The notes below the pieces were generated by a model. The model saw nothing but the letters and a program-made list of their open reading frames with translations. It made no database searches and was not told where the DNA came from. Below, in pieces: positions 27,924 through 37,060 of a stretch of DNA of 64,000 nt. Numbering within the stretch: the first letter of the stretch is position 1; every line of letters starts with the position of its first letter. Position numbers and translations under genes: made by a program. Source of the stretch: a virus (lineage: Duplodnaviria > Caudoviricetes); the IMG/VR virus record IMGVR_UViG_3300032373_000001; one strand, 5' to 3'.

Positions 27924-29033
27924 ATGTCAGACCACACGATGTATGGAGCACAGCTCGACGCAGGCAAGACGTCGGAGACGCTGAGCCACCTGTTCCGCAA
28001 CAACCACGAGGCCCTGGAGAAGGGCCGGAAGGCGACCCCGGTGTGCATTTGGGGGACTCACGGCATCGGCAAGACCATGCTCGTCGAGGAGTACGCCAAG
28101 GAGCAGGGCTGGCAGTTTGCCTACGTCGCCCCCGCACAGTTCGAAGAGATGGGGGACTTGAACGGCCTGCCCGTCCTCGAAGAGAAAGAGGACGGCACCA
28201 AGACGACCAACTTCGCACCCCCGGACTGGGTCCCCACCGCCGAGGGGCCGGGCATCCTGCTGCTCGACGACGTGAACCGCGCCGACGACCGCATCCTCCG
28301 CGGCCTGATGCAGCTGCTCCAGAACGGGGAGCTGTTCAGCTGGGCGCTGCCCGACAAGTGGCAGATCGTCTGCACCGCCAACCCCGAAGGTGGCGACTAC
28401 TCCGTCACGCCGATGGACGACGCGATGCTGACCCGGATGCTGCACATCTCGATGGTGTTCGACGAGAAGCCCTGGGCCAAGTGGGCCAGCCGGAACGACG
28501 TCGACGAGCGGGGAATCGCCTTCGTGCTCACCTACCCGGAGTCGGTCACGGGACGGCGCACCACGCCCCGCTCCCTCACGCAGTTCTTCCAGCAGATCAG
28601 CAGCATCGAGAACCTGAAGGAGGAGGCCGACCTGGTGTACACGCTGGGGATGTCTTCGCTCGACGAGGTGACGGTCAGCACCTTCATGGCCTTCGTCAAC
28701 GACAACCTCCAGCAGCTCATCAACCCCGAGGACATCCTCAACGCCCCCGACTTCAGCGTCGTCGCGCGCCGCATCGAGGACCTGTCGGAGGGAGGTAAGC
28801 GGATGGACCACCTCTCGACCATCTGCACCCGGCTGCACTTGCACCTGACCCACCCCAGCTTCAAGCCCAAGGAGGCCCACCGGGAGAACCTGGTGTCGTT
28901 CCTGATGCACGAGTCCCTGCCGACCGACCTCCGCGTCAGCCTGCACCGGGACCTGGTGCGGGACGCCAGCGATGAGGTGCGGGTGATGATGCGGGACCGC
29001 CGCCTCGCAAAGCTGATGCTCGCGGGCATGTAG
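27924..29033 (+). CDS. MoxR-like AAA+ ATPase
   Basis: Walker A WGTHGIGKT, Walker B LLLDDVNRA, sensor CTANP, TTPRS. Confidence 0.88.
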   Translation: MSDHTMYGAQLDAGKTSETLSHLFRNNHEALEKGRKATPVCIWGTHGIGKTMLVEEYAKEQGWQFAYVAPAQFEEMGDLNGLPVLEEKEDGTKTTNFAPPDWVPTAEGPGILLLDDVNRADDRILRGLMQLLQNGELFSWALPDKWQIVCTANPEGGDYSVTPMDDAMLTRMLHISMVFDEKPWAKWASRNDVDERGIAFVLTYPESVTGRRTTPRSLTQFFQQISSIENLKEEADLVYTLGMSSLDEVTVSTFMAFVNDNLQQLINPEDILNAPDFSVVARRIEDLSEGGKRMDHLSTICTRLHLHLTHPSFKPKEAHRENLVSFLMHESLPTDLRVSLHRDLVRDASDEVRVMMRDRRLAKLMLAGM

Positions 29034-29042
29034 GAGAACAAA

Positions 29043-30314
29043 GTGCAAGACAACCGACGACACGCCTGGGAAGAACTGGCGCGCTGCATCAACCAGCTGA
29101 TCCTCAAGGAGCCGTTCTACGGCCACCTGCTGGGCAGCGTCATCCGGGACATCAACCCAGCCACGCCGACGATGGCGGTAGGGGCACGCGGAGCACAGAT
29201 CGTACTGCAAGTCAACCCTGACTTCCTGATGCAGCTCAAGTTCTCCCGCGACCCCGGCAAGTGCGAACGGACGGCTGTCATCAAGCATGAAGTGCTGCAC
29301 CTCATGTTCAAGCACGTCTTCCGGATGGGCAACCGGAACCACCGCCTGTTCAACTTGGCGGCAGACATCGTCGTCAACCAGTTCGTGAAGCCGTGGCGTC
29401 TGCCCGAGGGTGGGGTGACCCTGGACACCTTCCCGGACCTGAACCTCAAGCCCGACAAGAGCCTCGACTACTACTACAACAAGCTCGACGAGCTGCGCCA
29501 GAACCCCCAGTCCGCGCCCCAGAGCGCGGAGGCCCTGAGGCAGATGGGCGGCATGGGGGGCGAAGGGGAGGAGGACGCGCAAGGCGACCCCAGCGGGGAA
29601 GGCTGCGGGGGCCAAGGAGGGAAGGGTCGCGGGGACCACCGCCTGTGGGGCGAAGCCGAGGGCCTGGAACAGCAGGTCGCCGACTCGATCCTCGACCGCC
29701 TCATCGTCCAGGCCAAGGACCGCGCCGGACAGTCCGGTTGGGGGCCGCTGCCGAACCGGATCAAGGAGCTGATCCAGGCTGCCATCGAGCGGCGCAAACC
29801 CAAGCTCGACTGGCGCCGGGTGATACGGCTGTTCGCAGCGTCCAGCCGCAAGACCCGCGTGGTCAACACCATCCGGCGGCGCAGCAAGCGCTACGGCACC
29901 TACCCCGGCATCCGGGTTCAGCGCTTCCAGAAGATGGCCGTCGCCATCGACACCTCGGGGTCGGTCAACGACCGAGAGCTGGCAGACTTCTTCGGCGAAA
30001 TCCACGGCATCTGGAAGCAGGGGGCTGAGATCACCATCATCGAGTGCGATGCGGCAGTCCAACGTACCTACCAGTACACGGGGAAGCTGCCCGATGCCGT
30101 CGCGGGCCGGGGAGGCACTGCCTTCAACCCGGTGTTCGAGTACCTCAACGACAACCGCATGGTCCGCTACGACGGCTGCATCTACCTCACCGATGGCGGG
30201 GCTCCTGCCCCGACCATCAAGCCGCCGTGCCCTCTGCTGTGGGTCGTGACGTCAGACGGACATGCAGGGGAACACCTTCAGTTCGGTCGGGTCCTCCAGC
30301 TGCCTGCGGGTTGA
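29043..30314 (+). CDS. Metallopeptidase-vWA protein (DUF2201-like)
   Basis: HEVLH (HExxH), N.AADIVVN, C-terminal vWA AIDTSGSV ... GRGGTAFNPVF ... YLTDG; canonical partner of the adjacent AAA ATPase. Confidence 0.88.
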   Translation: MQDNRRHAWEELARCINQLILKEPFYGHLLGSVIRDINPATPTMAVGARGAQIVLQVNPDFLMQLKFSRDPGKCERTAVIKHEVLHLMFKHVFRMGNRNHRLFNLAADIVVNQFVKPWRLPEGGVTLDTFPDLNLKPDKSLDYYYNKLDELRQNPQSAPQSAEALRQMGGMGGEGEEDAQGDPSGEGCGGQGGKGRGDHRLWGEAEGLEQQVADSILDRLIVQAKDRAGQSGWGPLPNRIKELIQAAIERRKPKLDWRRVIRLFAASSRKTRVVNTIRRRSKRYGTYPGIRVQRFQKMAVAIDTSGSVNDRELADFFGEIHGIWKQGAEITIIECDAAVQRTYQYTGKLPDAVAGRGGTAFNPVFEYLNDNRMVRYDGCIYLTDGGAPAPTIKPPCPLLWVVTSDGHAGEHLQFGRVLQLPAG

Positions 30315-30410
30315 CCCTCTGGCAGCCCCAGGCTACCATGCACCGCCCGTCGCCTCGCTTCAGCCTACAATAGATGCTATGGCCTAAAGCCAACCTATCA
30401 GGAGCCTTGC

Positions 30411-30893
30411 TCAGTAGCCGTGCTCCGACAGCAAGCGGCGAAGCTCTTCCAGGACCTCGGCAAAGACCCTGCGCCACTGAGGGTCCGAAAAGCTCACGTC
30501 ACCGAACGAGCGGCCTGAGTAAGACTCCCAAAAAAGGGCGTTCTGGCGGGTGAGCCTCCCATACTTCCCGAAGGCGATATAGCCCGAGGCTTGATCCTCC
30601 AGCCCCACGCGACCCGGTTGGTCGAGGTAGAGGAACTTCCCGAAAGGGAGACTCAAGACGACACCGACGTAGCCGGAATTGAACGCCTTCACAGCCCCCT
30701 GGCCGGAGATCCCTGCGCCCTCGAGAACCTTCCGGAAGGCACTTGCAGCATCGAGGGTGCGGGGAGGGACCTGGAAAACTGCGGACCTGCTCGACAGACC
30801 GGCGAGGATTGCCCGGCGAGACTCATCGCCCTCGGGCAAGGAGCGGGCGAGCTTGATCAACGCGACCCGGTCTGCCCCTGAAAACTTTTGCAT
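30411..30893 (-). CDS. Hypothetical protein with leader family 2 (candidate head cargo)
   Basis: Starts MQKFSGADRVALIKLARSLPEGDESRRAILAGLSSRSA; AGGAGGAG RBS. Confidence 0.75.
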   Translation of the reverse strand: MQKFSGADRVALIKLARSLPEGDESRRAILAGLSSRSAVFQVPPRTLDAASAFRKVLEGAGISGQGAVKAFNSGYVGVVLSLPFGKFLYLDQPGRVGLEDQASGYIAFGKYGRLTRQNALFWESYSGRSFGDVSFSDPQWRRVFAEVLEELRRLLSEHGY

Positions 30894-30942
30894 TGCCTGG
30901 AACTCCTCCTACCCCGGAAGGGTGAGACCCAACCTATTGAGG

Positions 30943-31557
30943 TCAGCCCGCCTGAGTCTCCGGTCTCCTCTCCCACCCCCGTTCGGGGGTGTACTTGTAG
31001 GGTCCGACCTCCTTGTAGCCAGGACCCTGCACCAAGAAGACGCGCCGACCGAAGCTCTCGTAACCCCCGAGAGGCATCAGCAAGCTGACTGCCGAAGAAG
31101 AGGTAGAATACTGCGCCTGGACCTTCTTCAGCTTTTCTTGGTGTCGCCGCGCTCGTTCTCTGGCGGCAGCATCCGTGCGAGCTTTCTTCTGGGGGTTCTT
31201 AGGCAGACCTACCAGAGGGTCTTCCCGGAGGGGCTCCAAAAGGTCCACAAAGACGATGACACCCCGCCGGAAGCAGACCCGTGCAGACTGGCTCACCCCA
31301 CAGACCGGGCAGAACCATTCACCCCGCAGCTCGAAGTAGGGGATGGGAGGCAAGTCGGGAACCCGTTGCCCCACCAAGGTCTGCCGCCTTGAGGACTTGT
31401 AACCCTTCAGGTGCAGCCAGTAGGATATGGAAAGGAGCCCTCCCCAAGGAGGACTGGTCCATCCATCCTCCCCCCAGCTTTCAGGGACCCGGAGCCCGTC
31501 CATCTTACAGGACATGCACACATCTGCTGGGGTGTATACGAAGTCACCGACCGCCAT
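30943..31557 (-). CDS. Hypothetical protein with two CxxC motifs
   Basis: CMSC and WFCPVC motifs. Confidence 0.6.
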   Translation of the reverse strand: MAVGDFVYTPADVCMSCKMDGLRVPESWGEDGWTSPPWGGLLSISYWLHLKGYKSSRRQTLVGQRVPDLPPIPYFELRGEWFCPVCGVSQSARVCFRRGVIVFVDLLEPLREDPLVGLPKNPQKKARTDAAARERARRHQEKLKKVQAQYSTSSSAVSLLMPLGGYESFGRRVFLVQGPGYKEVGPYKYTPERGWERRPETQAG

Positions 31558-31573
31558 GAGAGCAAGTTACCCT

Positions 31574-31636
31574 AAAAGAAAAAGCCCTCGGCGCAGGGCC
31601 GAGGGCGGTTCCGAAGAGGGGCTTGCTCAGCCCCTC
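31574..31636 (-). terminator. Intrinsic terminator (tandem hairpins) after the major capsid gene
   Basis: 8-bp stem at 31616..31636 and 9-bp stem GCCCTCGGC/GCCGAGGGC at 31584..31606, followed on the minus strand by TTTTTCTTTT. Confidence 0.8.
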
Positions 31637-31641
31637 AGCGA

Positions 31642-32514
31642 TCAGCGGGTGATCGTCAGGCGGGTGAGGCCCTTCGGGTTGTAGGCACCAATACCGAGGT
31701 TCTCGAAGCACGAGAAGCCGATGGTGCGTGCCCTCGGGTCGTCGGCGCTGAGGACAGTCAGCTCGGTGCGGACCGGGATCCGGCCGAACATCTCAGGCTC
31801 GCAGCAGACGTAGACGGTGCCGACCGGAACCAGGCGGCTGACGATGATCTGAGCGCCCCAGAGGGTGCCCATCAGACCAGTCTTCAGCAGGTCGCGCTGG
31901 GACTCGATGTCGAGGATGTCACGGCCGAACTTGCGGAGGTCCGCGTAGTCGCGAGCGTTCATGAACACGCGGGCGACGCGGAGGTCGTGGCGCTCGATGA
32001 GGGCGAAGGCGTCGGCGAGGACAGCACCGCTGATCGGAGCGACGACCGGGATGTCGGGGTTCTCACCACCGGCGATCGAGTCGAAGCCTGAGGTCGCGAT
32101 CGCGTCGAGAACGGCGAACACACGCTCATCCTCAGCAGCCTGGATCTGAGCCTGGGCCAGGTCCTGGGCGCGCTCGATGAGATCGAAACGGCGCTCCTTG
32201 ATCTGGGTCAGGGGGATCTCAGGGTTCGATGCGATCTCGAACAGCGGGAAGATGACACGGCGGGGCTTGGTGATGGCGACGATGTTCTCGCCTTCCTCGC
32301 CGACCACGTAGGCCGTGACATCGGGGTCCTTGTCGTAGATCGGCAGAGCGCCGTCCGGCAGCTGCTCGACCAGGAAGGTCTTGCGGCCGACGGCCATGTA
32401 GTCGCGGCGCAGGCGCAGCGGCTGGGTCATGGAGGCGGCGAGCTTCGCGCGACCGGCTTGGGTGTTGAGGTGCGCCTTGATGAGGCGGGCCTTGACGTCG
32501 TTGGAAACGGGCAT
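31642..32514 (-). CDS. Major capsid protein (HK97 fold)
   Basis: 290 aa, very biased codons, follows protease-scaffold-decoration. IASNPEI ... AQAQIQAAEDERVF ... GTLWGAQIIVS pattern; from memory it resembles the mycobacteriophage Bxz1-type MCP (unverified). Confidence 0.9.
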   Translation of the reverse strand: MPVSNDVKARLIKAHLNTQAGRAKLAASMTQPLRLRRDYMAVGRKTFLVEQLPDGALPIYDKDPDVTAYVVGEEGENIVAITKPRRVIFPLFEIASNPEIPLTQIKERRFDLIERAQDLAQAQIQAAEDERVFAVLDAIATSGFDSIAGGENPDIPVVAPISGAVLADAFALIERHDLRVARVFMNARDYADLRKFGRDILDIESQRDLLKTGLMGTLWGAQIIVSRLVPVGTVYVCCEPEMFGRIPVRTELTVLSADDPRARTIGFSCFENLGIGAYNPKGLTRLTITR

Positions 32515-32527
32515 TTCTGATCCCTCC

Positions 32528-33199
32528 TCAGATGCGCTGATCGAAGACGATCTCGGACTGCGTGGAGTCCGAAGGCATCTTCAGAATGCCGATCGTGGTT
32601 GCCCCGCCCACCGCGGAGTTGGTAGCTTCCAGGAAGAAAGCAGAGGTCGTGGAGATGTCAGCACCGGCACTGTCGACCCGGGGGGCGAGGTAGCCGTTGT
32701 CCGAGGCAGCGAGGGCCATTCCAGCGGTGTAGGTCAGGGCAGCACCCTGAGCGTAGGCACCGGCGGCTGCGAGCGCTGCGGTCTCGAAGAGCTGCGAGGC
32801 GTAGGTGCCTTGCGAGGACATGTACGGACCCTTGCCAGAGGCGGGACCGGGGGTGTTCTCGTAGGCGTTGCCCACAGCGGTGTTGATGAAGCAGCCCAGC
32901 GGACGGATCAGCGTGGCCTGCAGGGCGGTGATGCCACCAGCAGCGACGGTGTTCGGACCGCCGATGTAGTTGGCTCCGACGTCCGGGCGGGTGAAGGCGA
33001 CCGAGCCACTCAGGACACCAAGCGTCGCAGTGTCGACGTTGTCCGAGATGGTGGAAGCGGTGGTGACGATCGGGGGGTTGGTCTGCGTAAAGGCGTCATC
33101 CGTCAGGATGCCAACCGTGTTCCGCACGCCGACGTGCAGAAGACGCAGGGCCGAGGAGCTCTCGGTCCAACCACCACTCGCCTGTCCAAGCAGAGACAT
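32528..33199 (-). CDS. Probable capsid decoration/cement protein
   Basis: 223 aa, Ala/Thr/Gly-rich, immediately upstream of MCP, biased codons. Confidence 0.65.
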   Translation of the reverse strand: MSLLGQASGGWTESSSALRLLHVGVRNTVGILTDDAFTQTNPPIVTTASTISDNVDTATLGVLSGSVAFTRPDVGANYIGGPNTVAAGGITALQATLIRPLGCFINTAVGNAYENTPGPASGKGPYMSSQGTYASQLFETAALAAAGAYAQGAALTYTAGMALAASDNGYLAPRVDSAGADISTTSAFFLEATNSAVGGATTIGILKMPSDSTQSEIVFDQRI

Positions 33200-33313
33200 T
33201 CGATTCTCCTACTCTTTGTTCACAGGTTGGGTGAGACGACTGGTGGACAACCCCCCAGTCTTGACAGCAAAAGAGCCGTCTACAGAAGAGGGAGGCTTAT
33301 TGGCACACTATTC

Positions 33314-33352
33314 AAAGAAAAGACCTCCTCTTGTGAGAAAAGAGGAGGTCTT
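33314..33352 (-). terminator. Intrinsic terminator between scaffold and decoration/MCP genes
   Basis: Perfect 13-bp stem AAGACCTCCTCTT/AAGAGGAGGTCTT (33320..33352), 7-nt loop, followed by TTCTTT on the minus strand. Confidence 0.75.
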
Positions 33353-33386
33353 ATTTATGCGACGGGGCTTGACGCCCCTTGCAAGA

Positions 33387-34583
33387 TCACTGGAAGTGGC
33401 TGGTCACGTCCGGAGCCGACTGCCAGAGCTGGCTGAGGTCCATGTCACCCTCGGCCGAAGCCTCCTTGGTGACAGTGCCCAGCGTGGACGGGCCGGTCGA
33501 AGCCTTCTTGGGCTGCGGCTTGAGGTCGAGCTCGGAGGCTTCCTTGGCCTGCTCGTCGGCGAGACGGGAGACCTCATCGCCCTGGAGCTGGGCCAGGAGC
33601 GAGCGCTCCTCCTCATCGAGTGCCATGATGTTCATGGGGTCCATGTCCATCTCGACCTCCTCTTCCTCGTAGAAGGAAGAGGGCTCGTTCTGGTCCATGC
33701 CGACATCTTCCACGGCCTCGGGCTCCATCATGCCCTCTTCGCGCATCATCTCCATGTACATGGCTTCGTAGTCGTCGCCTCCCATGGGCTCACCGCAGGC
33801 TGCCTGAGAGGCCATGCCCTCTTCGTCGCAGGCCTTCTTCTTGGCCTCCTCGTCGACCTCGACCTCGACCTCCTCCTCATCGCTGTCGTCATCGCTGTCG
33901 TCATCGCTGTCGTCATCGCTGTCGTCGTCATCATCCTCATCGCCCTCATCGTCATCCTCGGCGAGGCGCATGAGGATGCGCTCCAGGCGGGCGACGCGGG
34001 ACTCGGTGTCGTCTTCGGCAGCGAAGCGGGTCAGGACGCGCTCCAGCGTCGCGATGCGGCCTTCCAGGGAAGCCTGCTTCTCTGACTCCTCCACCCCCTC
34101 AGCCTTGTGCTCGACCTCCTCCTGGATGGTCTCAGCGGCCTCAGCCTCAGCCTTCTCTTCCTTCTCGGTGCCCGCGGCCTTGTCCTCGGCCTGCTTGTTG
34201 AGGTTCTCGAGGCTGGTGAAGATGTGGGACTCGGGCAGGTCCATGAACAGGCTGGCTTGCCTCTCGACCTTCATCACGTCGGCGTCGGTGGAGGGCTCGC
34301 CCAACATCGCCGTGGCGAGGCGCAGGCAGAGGTTGGCCTTCTCGATGGCAGCCATCTTGGAAGCCGGGTGGTCGTGGCCCTCATTCGGGACAGCGGGTGC
34401 AGGTCCGTTCGGGTACGGGCCGGGGTGCGGGTCCTCAGCCCAGGAGCTGGGGTCGCCGTTCTCGTACTTGTCAGCCTCGGGGTCGGGCTGAGAGTGAGCG
34501 GGCGATGCCGGTCCTTCGTTGGGCACGGCGGGAGCCGCCGAGCTCTTCTTGTTGTTCCAGGTCAGTCGTTGACGAGCCATCAC
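33387..34583 (-). CDS. Capsid scaffolding protein
   Basis: Very acidic, coiled-coil and low complexity; lies between protease and capsid genes. Confidence 0.8.
   Translation of the reverse strand: MMARQRLTWNNKKSSAAPAVPNEGPASPAHSQPDPEADKYENGDPSSWAEDPHPGPYPNGPAPAVPNEGHDHPASKMAAIEKANLCLRLATAMLGEPSTDADVMKVERQASLFMDLPESHIFTSLENLNKQAEDKAAGTEKEEKAEAEAAETIQEEVEHKAEGVEESEKQASLEGRIATLERVLTRFAAEDDTESRVARLERILMRLAEDDDEGDEDDDDDSDDDSDDDSDDDSDEEEVEVEVDEEAKKKACDEEGMASQAACGEPMGGDDYEAMYMEMMREEGMMEPEAVEDVGMDQNEPSSFYEEEEVEMDMDPMNIMALDEEERSLLAQLQGDEVSRLADEQAKEASELDLKPQPKKASTGPSTLGTVTKEASAEGDMDLSQLWQSAPDVTSHFQ
33877..33924. repeat. Coding tandem repeat (TCATCGCTGTCG)x4 encoding (DDSD)4
   Basis: Four exact 12-bp copies read from the sequence. 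Confidence 0.9.
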
Positions 34584-34592
34584 GAACTCCTC

Positions 34593-36047
34593 TTAGAGGG
34601 TTTGCGGGTTGTTGTTGCGCTCCCACTTGGAGAGCAAGGAGCCGACCCGGACAACAACCCGGAGTTCGGCAGAGGAAAGCTCCCTCCCCGCCGCGCGCAG
34701 GATGGCGCGCTTGTAGTCTTGCGGGGAAGTGTAGCGAACCGGGGAACCGACCTTCAGCGCCACCCGGTAGGGTGCGGGGTCGGTCGGGATGCCGTAGGCT
34801 TGGTTCAGGGTGGCGACCCCTTCCACCAAAGCCACTTGGGAAGAGGCGGTGCGGGTCAGCAGGTCCATGCTGACATGGTACGCCTTGCGAGCAAGTCGGG
34901 CACCAGCCTCTCGCTGAATCGAATCGTTGGGCTGGAATGTGACCTCCGAGTCTGCCTCGGACGCCTCATCTTCCCTCAAGTCCTCATCGATGCGGTCGTG
35001 GACCTTGTCCTTGACCTTCTCGTAGACCTTCTCGGTGAGGTCTTCGAAAGGCTTCTTCGGCTCTTCGCCCTTCGGCGCATCGCCCCCTTCCTCGTCGTCG
35101 TCCTCGAAGTCGAACGCCTTGCAGAACTTGGGGAGGGTGAGGTTGGCAGCCTTGCTCATGGCGGTGTCGGACCAGCCGGTGGGGGCCTGGGCCAGAACAT
35201 CCCGCAGAGCCTTCTTGACCTGAGCGGGAGGGAGGTCACCTGCATCGATCAGGTTGCGCATGACCGCCCCAGGGAAAGCCGGGACCTTGACCCAGCTGGC
35301 CTCGATGAAGTTCACGCCGCCCGGAGCGTCAGGGTTGTCCTTGTAGTCGATGTGGCCGCAGAGCTCTGCAACGACGCGCTTCTGTTGGCGCTCGTCCAAG
35401 AAGCTATTGAGCTTGCTGATCTTGATGTGGTCGCAGAGGTCCGTCTCATCGACCGCGACATGGCCGCACTGAGAGCAGATGGTGAAGTCTGTGGTACAGC
35501 CCATGCTGAGGGTGCCCATGACCCCAGCCCTGATGTCGCGGACCAGGGTCTCGTGCTTCCGGTCGGTGGCGACCAGAATGTCGATGTAGACCGAATCCCC
35601 GATGTCGCGGGCGACCGCATCCAGGATGCGACCCTTACTCTGGGCCTCGATCTGGACGTGCTCTTGGAAGTTGTGGCCCGCGATGAAGGTGGGGTAGCTC
35701 GCCGTCAGGACCGGACGGCTCCAGCAGTCGCCGTTGTTGTTGACGAACTGAGCCGACTTGTCGGTGATGTAGAAGTCGCCCCAACGACGGTCGATGGTCC
35801 GGGACCCGACCCGGACCCGACCCAGCTTGGCGTTGGGGGCCTGCTCAGTATCCACCGAAGCCACGATGGTGCAGTGAGTGAACAGGTACTTGTCGGGGTC
35901 CAGGCTGCCGCCCAAAATCTCCCTCGCCTGATCTGTCAAGTTGCGGTTGCTCGCACCCGAGGTTGCAGCGGTGCGCGTTCGGCTCCACTGGCGACGACTC
36001 ACGTAGGGGTGAACCACCATGGCATTGGCTTTCTTCGAGTGAGCCAT
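34593..36047 (-). CDS. Prohead maturation protease (herpesvirus/HK97-type serine protease fold) with Zn-ribbon insert
   Basis: NNNGD.W, EH..IE..SKGRILD, LSMGC..DFTICSQC...CDH, FIEASWV..PAFPGA; position upstream of scaffold and MCP. Confidence 0.82.
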   Translation of the reverse strand: MAHSKKANAMVVHPYVSRRQWSRTRTAATSGASNRNLTDQAREILGGSLDPDKYLFTHCTIVASVDTEQAPNAKLGRVRVGSRTIDRRWGDFYITDKSAQFVNNNGDCWSRPVLTASYPTFIAGHNFQEHVQIEAQSKGRILDAVARDIGDSVYIDILVATDRKHETLVRDIRAGVMGTLSMGCTTDFTICSQCGHVAVDETDLCDHIKISKLNSFLDERQQKRVVAELCGHIDYKDNPDAPGGVNFIEASWVKVPAFPGAVMRNLIDAGDLPPAQVKKALRDVLAQAPTGWSDTAMSKAANLTLPKFCKAFDFEDDDEEGGDAPKGEEPKKPFEDLTEKVYEKVKDKVHDRIDEDLREDEASEADSEVTFQPNDSIQREAGARLARKAYHVSMDLLTRTASSQVALVEGVATLNQAYGIPTDPAPYRVALKVGSPVRYTSPQDYKRAILRAAGRELSSAELRVVVRVGSLLSKWERNNNPQTL

Positions 36048-36604
36048 CAGAGCCCTCCTTCGTCCACGCAGTCCGGGTCGAGCGCCGGGGCGTTGTGGGG
36101 GTGGTTCACGATGTCGTCAGTCTTGACGAGAAACATGCAGTTCGGGCAACCCATGAGGCGAGTGCTCTTGCCGTCCCGCCTCTTGTAGATGGCCTTCTTG
36201 AGGGGGGAATTCGGACCACAACGAGGACAACAGGGGCGACCGTCCGACAACTCGTTCTTCGTCATCCGGTAGCGGCGGTCGCATTCCACCCAGTACATCG
36301 CGCGAACACCTCGACCGGACCCTCCTGCGGGGACACGAACGGTCGGGGTTCCGCCTGGTGTTGAGTTGATTCGGGTGGGGATCACGTTGCCATTCTCATC
36401 GAAGTGCTGAAGGTCCTCCGCAGGAAAGCGGCGGTTGCCCGAGCCAGGGAACTCTACGTCCACCATGCCGATGGCAGGATAAACTGCAGTGACGGTGCCA
36501 GTCATGCTTTGAACGAAGCCGAACGGAGCCGCACGGTCCCCGACCGAGAACTCACGCCCTCGCTCTTGGTAGTCGACGTAATCCGCTGCGGCTTGCCGGG
36601 TCAT
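36047..36604 (-). CDS. SH3-like + zinc-ribbon head-cluster protein
   Basis: FSVGD...GTVTAVYPAIGMVDVEF; CCPRC and GCPNC. GAGGAG RBS favours MTRQAAA at 36604. Confidence 0.7.
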   Translation of the reverse strand: MTRQAAADYVDYQERGREFSVGDRAAPFGFVQSMTGTVTAVYPAIGMVDVEFPGSGNRRFPAEDLQHFDENGNVIPTRINSTPGGTPTVRVPAGGSGRGVRAMYWVECDRRYRMTKNELSDGRPCCPRCGPNSPLKKAIYKRRDGKSTRLMGCPNCMFLVKTDDIVNHPHNAPALDPDCVDEGGL

Positions 36605-36609
36605 GAAGG

Positions 36610-37008
36610 TCACTCCTCGAAGAGGTTGAGTCCCAGGGCGGCGAACTTGGAGCCGAGGTCTTCGAGGGTGTTGCCCTCAACACGCTCCAACAGCTCCCCG
36701 CTCTCCTCGCCGTCGAAGGTGGCCATGTACGGCTCGTCGGCATCGTGCTCCAGCGGGGGCTGAACCTCAGCGATCTGGTTGGGGTCCCAACCACCGTTGG
36801 AAGCAGAGGCATCCTTGGTCTCGATCGGGAAGTTGCGGGCCGCAACCTTCTCGACGTGATCGCTGAGCAGATCCAGGCGCGTCTGCATGTCGCGTGCAAC
36901 CTTGGTGTCGATCTCCAAGACCTCGCTGGCCTCCTGGAGGAGGTCAGCGACCCGGTCGAAGAGGGCAGTGACATTGAGGGCACCCTTGCGGGTCAGCTTG
37001 TTGGCCAT
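36610..37008 (-). CDS. Hypothetical head-cluster protein
   Basis: 132 aa, AGGAGG RBS, biased codons, KVAA/KDAS sites. Confidence 0.75.
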   Translation of the reverse strand: MANKLTRKGALNVTALFDRVADLLQEASEVLEIDTKVARDMQTRLDLLSDHVEKVAARNFPIETKDASASNGGWDPNQIAEVQPPLEHDADEPYMATFDGEESGELLERVEGNTLEDLGSKFAALGLNLFEE

Positions 37009-37038
37009 CAGGGCCTCCTGCAGATTAAGATGCTACAC

Positions 37039-37060
37039 CAGGACACAAATAAGTGTCCTG
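37039..37060. promoter_or_regulatory. 8-bp inverted repeat CAGGACAC-AAATAA-GTGTCCTG
   Basis: Read directly, in an AT-rich gap upstream of the head assembly genes. Confidence 0.4.

Noticed and set aside
27924-29033. Walker B reads LLLDD rather than hhhhDE, suggesting a dead ATPase
   Set aside because: As I recall, DD occurs naturally in this AAA subfamily, and the other motifs are intact; not evidence of inactivation.
33877-33924. Short tandem repeats as a possible CRISPR or regulatory array (also GGAGCCx4 at 26901..26924)
   Set aside because: No spacers; in-frame low-complexity coding repeats.
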